Shown: piece by piece, positions 15,351 through 22,138 of the stretch | Position numbering within the stretch: the stretch's first letter is position 1 | How the letters are laid out: every line of letters begins with the position of its first letter | DNA from: a bacterium | Lineage (GTDB): Bacteria; Krumholzibacteriota; Krumholzibacteriia; LZORAL124-64-63 | DNA length: 27,301 bases | Assembly: GCA_030635025.1 (NCBI GenBank) | Contig: DAOVZQ010000001.1 | Span: 1 to 27,301 of the forward strand | Reading direction: 5' to 3' | Translations under genes and position numbers: made by a program | The notes under the pieces: model-generated | Seen by the model: only the letters and a program-made list of their open reading frames with translations | The model's database searches: none | Told to the model about the DNA's origin: nothing

Positions 15351-17437
15351 GGGGTTTCTTTGACAGTCTCGACAGGGCCCACGACGCACGTCGCCGTTTC
15401 GCCGACACATACAGGCAACCCCAGCACGCTCGACAGCCACGTTTGGTCCACAAGTCGCCCGTTCGCCGCGTCCACCGTGCTTCTGAACCACTCGCCAACC
15501 TGGGCGTGGTCGAAAAGCATGCGCCAATCGCTGCTCGTGAAGTGCAAGGCGGCTGGGGGTTTCCCGTGCGTTTCTCTGAACAGGGCGATAGCGCCCTCAA
15601 TGTCATACTGCAAGTCCGTCGCAGGACAGCCCCAGCAACTCGTGTTGATGGGGATTTCGTTCCGGCCGGACTCGGGCTTCTCGTTCTCTTCGACGGACCC
15701 CTGTTCCCTCGCCAACGCTTCCCCGTACGCCACGAGATGCTCGGGGGTGCGGTACATGAGGATTATGATCCCTTCGCAGCAGGGGTGGATCTCTACCAAA
15801 AGGTGCCAGTGCGGCCCCCCTTGCTTTTCTACCCTCATACTCAGAACGAACTGGTCGTCAAGCCACGCGTTTGTGCCATCCTTGTCGATATCGGAATACA
15901 TGGCGTGCCATGTGTCTTGATCGACTGCCACGACGGTCGGAGATTCGCCGACGGTGGCGTCCATCTCGAAGCACCCTTGCGCCAGGTTCTCGATCCAGCG
16001 GGAGTCGTACGCGATATGCCACACGCAACCGGCGCCGCGATAGGCCGGGGCGAAAGAGGGGGCCATGTCTGACGGAGTGGGGGACGTTTCGACCGGCCCA
16101 ACAATCTCCGACTGGGGCTCCCTATAGAGCACCCGCACAACCTCGGGCACATCCTCTTCGAGGACGATGTCCATGGGAAAGGCGCCTGCGGAGCCGGGCA
16201 GGCGGAACACAGCAGGGCCTTTCGTCGCGTCACCTTGATGGCCCTTGGCAAACTGGGCGCTTAGCTCGCTATCGCGCTCCATGCCCCAGATCGCCAACTG
16301 GTAAAGGCCTCTGTCGATGACGAGCGTGTTGGGCATCCCCTTATCGGCCTCTGGCATCGCGTCGAACGCCTTCTTGATCTTGGGGACGAGGGTGTCCTTC
16401 GCCGGGTCGTGTTCAGAGGTCCTTGGGATGAACTCCCCGCAGATCTCATGGTCCGCGCCGACGAGGCAGCAGCCCGGACTGGCGTGGCCGAATGTCTCAC
16501 AATCGCCACACGTCTTCGGCCCTTTCCACTCGCCACAGCCGCCCGTGTGGTTGATGTCCTGCGCGCACGGGGTGTCGGGGCGCGGCGGGTTGTCTTTGAG
16601 CGTGCACGTGTCGCATGAGCCGAAGGGCGTGGGCGGGTCTTCGGGGTCCGTGTCGGCCCCGCCGAGTTCGTCGCGAATCTGCTCGAGGTCGCGGCGGACA
16701 ACGTCCAGTTCGGCCAGCAGCGTCGCATTGGCTTCTTGCAGTTCCAGGTTCGCCTCCTGAAGTTCGACCAACAACTCTCTGGTGGCGGTCAAGGCCTCCT
16801 CGACAAGCCGTTGGTGAGGGCCCTTGGGCTGCCCCTCTTCAACCACTCGCCGCTCAATCTCGCGCACCTTGTCGGCGATGTTTTCCGGGAGCGGGTCCAC
16901 GATGTCGAGCGCGACCGCCGTCGTGGTCTCGGGCGCTTCTTTTGCGGGGTCCACGCCCTGGAGGACGTTCAACGGGTGGTCTTCCGGCAACGGCTCGACA
17001 AAGTCGTCTGGCATCTTCTTTGCCCGATCCGCCTCTCGCAAAAGAGCCTCCTCGGCTTTCAACCTTTCCTGAGCCTGCCTCTCCGCCTGTGCGGCCCGCG
17101 CGCTCCAGTCGGGGAACCAGACGACCTGGGTCAGGCGGTTGACGTGGGCGCCCTTGTACTCGTCGCCCTCGAAGAAGACCTGGCTGATCAGCGTCTGAAA
17201 CGCACTGCGCGCGACATCGCTGGCCGGCGTCGAGTCGTTGAAGTTGTCGCGGAGCGAAAGGTACAGCGATTGTCCTGGCTGCGAGCTGGCCGGCGCGTCC
17301 CGCTGATCCTTGAAGCACGCGACGTGCCAGTCCATCAGCCCGAAGCACTGGTACCACCGCGCCACCTCCTCCTGGAATATCTGGTACGCCTGGTCCCGGC
17401 CGTCGCTTTCCTTCAGGGCTTGCTGGTCGTCTGTCAT
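15347..17437 (-). CDS. Mosaic hypothetical protein, 696 aa, with coiled coil, Cys repeats and a C-terminal capsid-protein-like domain
   Basis: ATGA-coupled to the upstream gene; the last ~95 aa align without gaps to MCP 9035..9277. Confidence 0.75.
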   Translation of the reverse strand: MTDDQQALKESDGRDQAYQIFQEEVARWYQCFGLMDWHVACFKDQRDAPASSQPGQSLYLSLRDNFNDSTPASDVARSAFQTLISQVFFEGDEYKGAHVNRLTQVVWFPDWSARAAQAERQAQERLKAEEALLREADRAKKMPDDFVEPLPEDHPLNVLQGVDPAKEAPETTTAVALDIVDPLPENIADKVREIERRVVEEGQPKGPHQRLVEEALTATRELLVELQEANLELQEANATLLAELDVVRRDLEQIRDELGGADTDPEDPPTPFGSCDTCTLKDNPPRPDTPCAQDINHTGGCGEWKGPKTCGDCETFGHASPGCCLVGADHEICGEFIPRTSEHDPAKDTLVPKIKKAFDAMPEADKGMPNTLVIDRGLYQLAIWGMERDSELSAQFAKGHQGDATKGPAVFRLPGSAGAFPMDIVLEEDVPEVVRVLYREPQSEIVGPVETSPTPSDMAPSFAPAYRGAGCVWHIAYDSRWIENLAQGCFEMDATVGESPTVVAVDQDTWHAMYSDIDKDGTNAWLDDQFVLSMRVEKQGGPHWHLLVEIHPCCEGIIILMYRTPEHLVAYGEALAREQGSVEENEKPESGRNEIPINTSCWGCPATDLQYDIEGAIALFRETHGKPPAALHFTSSDWRMLFDHAQVGEWFRSTVDAANGRLVDQTWLSSVLGLPVCVGETATCVVGPVETVKETP

Positions 17438-17913
17438 CGGTCTTCGTCCTTTCGTTTGGGTGCGCGGTTCTTGTCTTCGGCGAGGTCGGCCTCAAATTGC
17501 GCCGTCCGAGACGTTGGTACATACGAGCATCCCGGCACGCCGTGGTCGGATAGGCAGCGCCAATCCTCCTCGGAAATCCCTGACAAGGCCGCATCGATAG
17601 CAGCGATCCTTCTGCCGAAGGCCTCAATGAGAAGCGACTGGTGGTCGCCTATGCGCGCCTGTTCCGCGCGCGCCCGGACTACGGTTGTGTTGATCTGTGT
17701 TTGAGCGGCGTTCACTATCGCCTGGTTAGCGAGTTCCCCGAAGACAAACGCATTGATGTCTTCCTGCGTGTGGAAGGGGCGCGGACTCGCAGTGAGCGCC
17801 GGGGTCTCTTCGGGCGGAACTGGGGGGCGCGTTGCCCTTCCGATTCCGAAACCCAACCCGCCGCCTACCAACACGGCCACGATGCAGATGGCTATCCTTT
17901 CGCTCGTTTTCAT
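17434..17913 (-). CDS. Membrane-anchored hypothetical protein, 159 aa
   Basis: ATG 17913 in ATGA overlap with GGAG RBS; IAICIVAVLVGGGLGFGIG TM, Pro-rich linker, helical region. Confidence 0.65.
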   Translation of the reverse strand: MKTSERIAICIVAVLVGGGLGFGIGRATRPPVPPEETPALTASPRPFHTQEDINAFVFGELANQAIVNAAQTQINTTVVRARAEQARIGDHQSLLIEAFGRRIAAIDAALSGISEEDWRCLSDHGVPGCSYVPTSRTAQFEADLAEDKNRAPKRKDEDR

Positions 17914-18434
17914 CGGTCTCCCTTTCCTGTTTCGTTCTCGTCTTTGGGTTGACGCGGGGTCCAGCACGGGCAGTCTTTGCCGTCGTTTTCGCCTTGGCTA
18001 TCCCCAGCCTCCACCTCAACCCCGTCTGGGACCGGCCCCCTGCAATGCCCCATCTTACCCAAGATCGAGTCGAACCAATACTTCTCCCAGGTCCCACAAG
18101 TCCCACACCGCCTATCCTGCGGCGGGATAGGAATCTTGAGAGCCTTCTCGGCCTCTTTGGGATCATCCAGCACGAACCGCGCAAGATCCGTGTCGGGCAC
18201 ATGCCGCAGACGGCCCGAAACCATGACGCCTTTGAGGTCTATCTGCGCGGGCAAATCATCGATGGAGACGGAGACTTGCCACGAATCGAAAGAGAGGCCG
18301 ATTACCCTCTTGTCAGCACAGCCTGGTCCGTAGTTCCCGTAGTTTTCGCGCATCTCGATGAACATCTCCCCGTCTCGCGTCGCGGGGCCGATAGTCACCG
18401 AGATCGGGAACTTCATGTTGGTTCCAGCCATCAT
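17910..18434 (-). CDS. Hypothetical protein with C-terminal Cys cluster, 174 aa
   Basis: GGAGGAG RBS before ATG 18434; CGTC...C...CPCW. Confidence 0.65.
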   Translation of the reverse strand: MMAGTNMKFPISVTIGPATRDGEMFIEMRENYGNYGPGCADKRVIGLSFDSWQVSVSIDDLPAQIDLKGVMVSGRLRHVPDTDLARFVLDDPKEAEKALKIPIPPQDRRCGTCGTWEKYWFDSILGKMGHCRGPVPDGVEVEAGDSQGENDGKDCPCWTPRQPKDENETGKGDR

Positions 18435-18441
18435 GCTCCTC

Positions 18442-18714
18442 CTATCCGTCTTCCCTCTCATACACAAGCCGCCCGTCGAGCCAGACCGCCGAGGGTTCGC
18501 CGGGCGTGACGGACTCGATGAACCTCCTCGCGCGCTCGATCTCCTCGAGGCGCCGCGTCTTGCCCTGCTGCCGAGGCGAAACGACATGGGCCGTCTTGCC
18601 GGTTGGGGAACACGCCCCCGACAGGGAAGCCAGGGCGGCATCCAGATCCGCCCTCGGGTCACGCCGCCGCCTCTTCGTGTACCGCGCGGTGATCTCGGGG
18701 TGGGGGTCAGTCAT
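18442..18714 (-). CDS. Hypothetical protein, ~90 aa, with a Walker-A-like VVSPRQQGKT
   Basis: ATG 18714 in ATGA overlap with the upstream stop; GAGG RBS. Confidence 0.55.
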   Translation of the reverse strand: MTDPHPEITARYTKRRRRDPRADLDAALASLSGACSPTGKTAHVVSPRQQGKTRRLEEIERARRFIESVTPGEPSAVWLDGRLVYEREDG

Positions 18715-19007
18715 GTACCAGTCCTCACTATCACGCATCGGCATGACCCGTGTTTTGGCGCCGGTGGCCCAGGGAATCGTTTTGCGAGCGCTATTTCTCG
18801 CGCGTGCGCCATGCCATAGGATGGCCCATACCGCTCTTGAGTGAGTTGGTCGATGGCTTCTGCCAGGATTTCCTCCACGGCCCTCTCGGGATAGTCAGGA
18901 TGTAAAGACTGCGCATCGCAGACGGCCCTCTCCCAAGCCATCTCTGGGGAGAGCCATTCCGGCAGGTTGTTGATAATCTCGGTGACAGATCCAGTCATGG
19001 CCTTCAC
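18711..19007 (-). CDS. Hypothetical protein, ~95 aa
   Basis: GTGA/ATGA overlaps at both ends; acidic helical core. Confidence 0.55.
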   Translation of the reverse strand: MKAMTGSVTEIINNLPEWLSPEMAWERAVCDAQSLHPDYPERAVEEILAEAIDQLTQERYGPSYGMAHAREIALAKRFPGPPAPKHGSCRCVIVRTGT

Positions 19008-19207
19008 CTTCTCCAGTCAGCGTGTTCCTCGATCTCGGCAACACGTTTCTGAAGCGCTTGGATCTTCCTGAGGTGCGCCCGCACGAAAAGCGCTGGTAGG
19101 GAAGTGAATGTGCCTAAAGCCCAAGCCACCGCAACGATCAAGATCGCTATTGCGAGATCCATCAACAGGAACAGAAAGACGAGCGGAACCACGTCACGCC
19201 ATTCCAT
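19004..19207 (-). CDS. Small membrane protein, 67 aa
   Basis: MEWRDVVPLVFLFLLMDLAIAILIVAVAWALGTF long hydrophobic stretch, then a short coiled coil. Confidence 0.55.
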   Translation of the reverse strand: MEWRDVVPLVFLFLLMDLAIAILIVAVAWALGTFTSLPALFVRAHLRKIQALQKRVAEIEEHADWRR

Positions 19208-19415
19208 CTCGGGCCTCCCTCTCAGCCTTCCCCCACGCAATCCACAGATCCGTGAGCCGCGCCTCAACAGCCGGGTGGCAGCGGTCCCCGTTCGGCTTGA
19301 ACCATGCGCCCCGACTGTATCCGAACTCCATCGGCGCGGCGACGCCACGGACCTTGACCGTCACGCTCTGGAGGACGCCGTCCCTTACGTTCGCGGCTGT
19401 GATCTTCATGGGCAT
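19194..19415 (-). CDS. Hypothetical protein, 73 aa
   Basis: Strong AGGAGGAGGAG RBS before ATG 19415. Confidence 0.6.
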   Translation of the reverse strand: MPMKITAANVRDGVLQSVTVKVRGVAAPMEFGYSRGAWFKPNGDRCHPAVEARLTDLWIAWGKAEREARDGMA

Positions 19416-19582
19416 GGGGTGGGCTCCTCCTCCTTTAGAAACGCCCGCCGAAGGGTGAGGCGTGCGTTTACCCTCCAAATCAACCGCGCCATTCGGCGCT
19501 TGAGCCTGTTCCGCGCCAGCCACCTCTGCCCCGCAGGCTCTCTGAGCCACCTCGCATCGTCTTCTTCTTTTTGGCCTGCCAT
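19406..19582 (-). CDS. Arg-rich hypothetical protein, 58 aa
   Basis: ATG 19582 two nt after the HTH stop; GGGAG RBS. Confidence 0.5.
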   Translation of the reverse strand: MAGQKEEDDARWLREPAGQRWLARNRLKRRMARLIWRVNARLTLRRAFLKEEEPTPCP

Positions 19583-19583
19583 G

Positions 19584-19772
19584 CTACTCCCCCTTGCCCC
19601 TCTTCCTCTCCTCAATGAACCGGCGGATGTCCTCCGGGTCGTATCGGATGGCCCGCCCGATCTGGACGAAGGCGAGCCCGTACCGCCCGGTCCGCCGCCA
19701 GATAGCCAGCGTGCCGGGCCGGACGCCGAGCATCTCCGCCGCCTCGTCCGTTCTGATCAGGTTGCCCGCCAT
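19584..19772 (-). CDS. Excisionase/MerR-like helix-turn-helix protein (HTH_17-like), 62 aa
   Basis: LIRTDEAAEMLGVRPGTLAIWRRTG...FVQIGRAIRYDPEDIRRFIE is a classic winged-HTH excisionase pattern. Confidence 0.85.
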   Translation of the reverse strand: MAGNLIRTDEAAEMLGVRPGTLAIWRRTGRYGLAFVQIGRAIRYDPEDIRRFIEERKRGKGE

Positions 19773-19798
19773 GGTGGGTGCGCCTCCGTGTCTCTGGG

Positions 19799-19828
19799 CA
19801 CATAAGCACACGTCGCGGCGCATGTCAA
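19799..19828 (-). promoter_or_regulatory. Possible promoter at the end of terL
   Basis: TTGACA (19823..19828) immediately after the terL TAG, then TTATGT at 17 bp or TATGTG at 18 bp; upstream of the HTH gene. Confidence 0.35.
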
Positions 19829-21244
19829 CTACAAATCGAAGTCCGCGGCCATCAGGTTGTCGAAGTCGGTCAGGGAGTCGTAGACCTTGACGCTGGTCGT
19901 CGGCTCGGGCCGCTGCAGGGCGGTCAGTGCCCACACAAGGGCGTCCAGGCGGTCAGGGGAGTCCATGCCTGTGTTGGGTTGCCAGTCGCACATCTGGGCC
20001 TCGAGCACGCCGAACTTGCCCACATGGTGGACGCGGCGCTGTTCGTACAGCATCGAGATCGGTTCGGCCCGCGTCGCCTTGCCCCTGGATGCGTGGACGG
20101 CCTTAAACGGGATGTTCGGGTCTTCAGTGTGGATGGCCATCTCGATGAGATCGCCGCCGTTGTTGACCTCACCGATCATGCAGTTCACCCGATGCGCGTG
20201 AAAGGTCCCTATAGAGGCCTCGGCCCACTCTTGGGGGCGCCCCCTCAGCGACGCGTCGTCGAAGACGTAGTATTCGCCATGGCCGTTCGTGGCCGCGGTC
20301 ACGATGCCGGTCTCGCTCGATGTCTCTTTGGCAGAGACGGCTGGGTCTACGCCAACAACGGCGTAAGTCATGCCAGGCAAAAGCCTCTGGACAAGGGCGT
20401 CGAGTTCCTTTTTTCCCAGGTCCCCACCCATCCGGGTCTCGTCGATCCACGCGCGTTGCCACAGGGCGTTCGGGTTGTCTTCCAAGAGTTCGGCATGCAG
20501 TTCCTGCCGGCCACGGCGCGTCCCCTCGTACTTGTTCAGCAAGTGGGCGAGATATTTGGGGGCGAGGTGCGCGCGGTTCTCATACGTGTTGCCGGTTGTC
20601 AGCACAGTGTTCGGATCATCGCTACGCGCATCCTTGACCAACTGGCGCATGATCGGCACGTTCTGGGGCGTGGTCGTGACCATGACCTGGGGATTGTCGC
20701 CCTCGCGCAGGCCCATGATAAGGCCATCATCCCACGCTTCTTCCGCATACCTCCACTTCGCTACCTCGTCAGCCCAGGCGCGATCATGCCCCGGCCCCCG
20801 CAACTGGCCCGGCTCTTGTCCTGAGTAAGTCGTGGCTATAGCGCCGTTCGGCCACGTCAACTGGCGGTTGGTCCACTGGTACTCGGGCATGAAATCTGGC
20901 GGGCTGTTCTGGAGTATGCCACCCGGCCCTTCGACCAACACCTTGCGGGCATCGGCGGCCGTCTCAGCAACGAGCGCGATGTTCTTGCACTCCCCCTTGC
21001 GCACCCCATCGATGATCCACTCGGCGCCGGCCCGCGTCTTCCCCGACCCTCGGCCAGCCATGAAGAGCCAGACGAACCAATCGCCCTCGGGCGGCAACTG
21101 GTTCGGCCTGGCCCAGAAGGTCCAGTCAAAGGACAGCGCCTCGAGTTCGTCGGGGGTCAGTTTCTTGAGGATCTTCGCGGAGACCTCGGGCGGCATCTCC
21201 GCCAGGTCGGCGAAGGTGGGGAGGGCTGTGGGGGCGGGGGTCAT
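19829..21244 (-). CDS. terL: Terminase large subunit
   Basis: DWTFWARPNQLPP start motif, Walker A AGRGSGKT, LRGP, Walker B AWADE, nuclease VVGVDPA and SPDRLDALVWA. Start ATG 21244 lies 1 nt after the upstream stop. Confidence 0.95.
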   Translation of the reverse strand: MTPAPTALPTFADLAEMPPEVSAKILKKLTPDELEALSFDWTFWARPNQLPPEGDWFVWLFMAGRGSGKTRAGAEWIIDGVRKGECKNIALVAETAADARKVLVEGPGGILQNSPPDFMPEYQWTNRQLTWPNGAIATTYSGQEPGQLRGPGHDRAWADEVAKWRYAEEAWDDGLIMGLREGDNPQVMVTTTPQNVPIMRQLVKDARSDDPNTVLTTGNTYENRAHLAPKYLAHLLNKYEGTRRGRQELHAELLEDNPNALWQRAWIDETRMGGDLGKKELDALVQRLLPGMTYAVVGVDPAVSAKETSSETGIVTAATNGHGEYYVFDDASLRGRPQEWAEASIGTFHAHRVNCMIGEVNNGGDLIEMAIHTEDPNIPFKAVHASRGKATRAEPISMLYEQRRVHHVGKFGVLEAQMCDWQPNTGMDSPDRLDALVWALTALQRPEPTTSVKVYDSLTDFDNLMAADFDL

Positions 21245-21245
21245 T

Positions 21246-21530
21246 TCAAGGCAGGCCGACGGGGCGCCTCTCCTGCCGAGCAGGATCTCGGCGAAACTGA
21301 AAGCCCCTCTTGGGGTGAACGCCATGCGATCTCAGCAACCGCCGTAGCGCCTGGTCTCGGCCTTTCTCGGTCCGGTATCTGTGCCAGACGCACCACGGGT
21401 CCCACCGGTCTTCCCTGTGTTTCTTGTAGTCGCAGAACGGCCACTTCTCTCGACACCAGATCAGGAAGTGCCCGACCGGCCTCTTGCGCTTTGGCCTCAT
21501 GTCTGGCGGGCGTTCTTCCTCGGGCCTCAT
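21246..21530 (-). CDS. Basic Trp-rich hypothetical protein, 94 aa
   Basis: ATGA overlap at its start; stop abuts the terL start. Confidence 0.5.
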   Translation of the reverse strand: MRPEEERPPDMRPKRKRPVGHFLIWCREKWPFCDYKKHREDRWDPWCVWHRYRTEKGRDQALRRLLRSHGVHPKRGFQFRRDPARQERRPVGLP

Positions 21531-21850
21531 GCGTTCGCCGCCTGCACACAGACAGTATTCGCCAGCCAGGTCTCTTTCAGGCGAATGGCCGACTCGGTCA
21601 TCGCGTCGTCATCCTCCATGGCATACTCTTCCCAGATCACAACGGCCTCGTCCTCGCAGTCGGATTGCAGGGACCCGATCGGGCCCGCAACGCTCATCTG
21701 GAACTCGTGGTTGCAGGCGACATGCACCTGATCCGAGTCGGGGCCGTCGTGCGGGTGTGCGTGCCAGATATCCAACACGATCGGACGCTTGAAGCGCAAG
21801 GACAGCCCGTCGCGATTGATCTCTGCGATAACAATGGCGTTTCCGCTCAT
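21527..21850 (-). CDS. Acidic hypothetical protein, 107 aa
   Basis: Start trimmed to ATG 21850, just after the structured RNA. Confidence 0.55.
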   Translation of the reverse strand: MSGNAIVIAEINRDGLSLRFKRPIVLDIWHAHPHDGPDSDQVHVACNHEFQMSVAGPIGSLQSDCEDEAVVIWEEYAMEDDDAMTESAIRLKETWLANTVCVQAANA

Positions 21851-21856
21851 GGTAGA

Positions 21857-22009
21857 TTTCTGGCGGGCCGGACTCGAAACCGACTGCCCGTGTTTCACAG
21901 CAGATCTTTGCGCATGGTACCCTTACGCCACGGGAAACGACCATCAGCCAGGGTGTAAGCCTGGAGACCTGAAAACGCTTAGCGTGTCCTTCCACGCCGC
22001 CGCCAGAAA
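21857..22009 (-). ncRNA. tRNA-like structured RNA, 153 nt (not a canonical tRNA)
   Basis: Closing stem TTTCTGGCGG/CCGCCAGAAA; D-like arm GCGTG-GAAGGA-CACGC; T-like arm GTCGG-TTTCGAGT-CCGGC stacked on the closing stem; branched central insert. Confidence 0.65.
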
Positions 22010-22035
22010 CTCCTTTCACCCATTGGTGATTCTCT

Positions 22036-22134
22036 TCATCCGATCTTCCTCTTCACGCCCCAAAAGAATCCGCCAAGCACAACCGCACACCAAACGAACC
22101 CACACGTCACCCGGAAGCACTCCCAGCCGGTCAT
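22036..22134 (-). CDS. Small single-TM peptide, 32 aa
   Basis: MTGWECFRVTCGFVWCAVVLGGFFWGVKRKIG; starts 4 nt after the methyltransferase stop. Confidence 0.4.
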   Translation of the reverse strand: MTGWECFRVTCGFVWCAVVLGGFFWGVKRKIG

Positions 22135-22138
22135 AGCG

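Noticed and set aside
17130-17400. Zn-metallopeptidase call for the N-terminus of the 696-aa protein
   Set aside because: The layout is reminiscent, but the expected HExxH position reads FQTLISQ; no catalytic motif.
17430-17920. Repeated GACCGATGA at two gene junctions
   Set aside because: Explained by Asp-Arg-stop codons overlapping an ATG (translational coupling); not a separate element.
21948-21964. Canonical tRNA-Val(UAC) call
   Set aside because: The anticodon-like hairpin is buried in a ~70-nt branched insert, position 8 is not U, the T loop has 8 nt and there is no terminal CCA; kept only as tRNA-like.
21609-22019. 136-aa ORF running through the tRNA-like element
   Set aside because: It overlaps a better gene (21527..21850) out of frame, is Arg/Cys-rich without motifs, and the RNA fold explains the sequence better.
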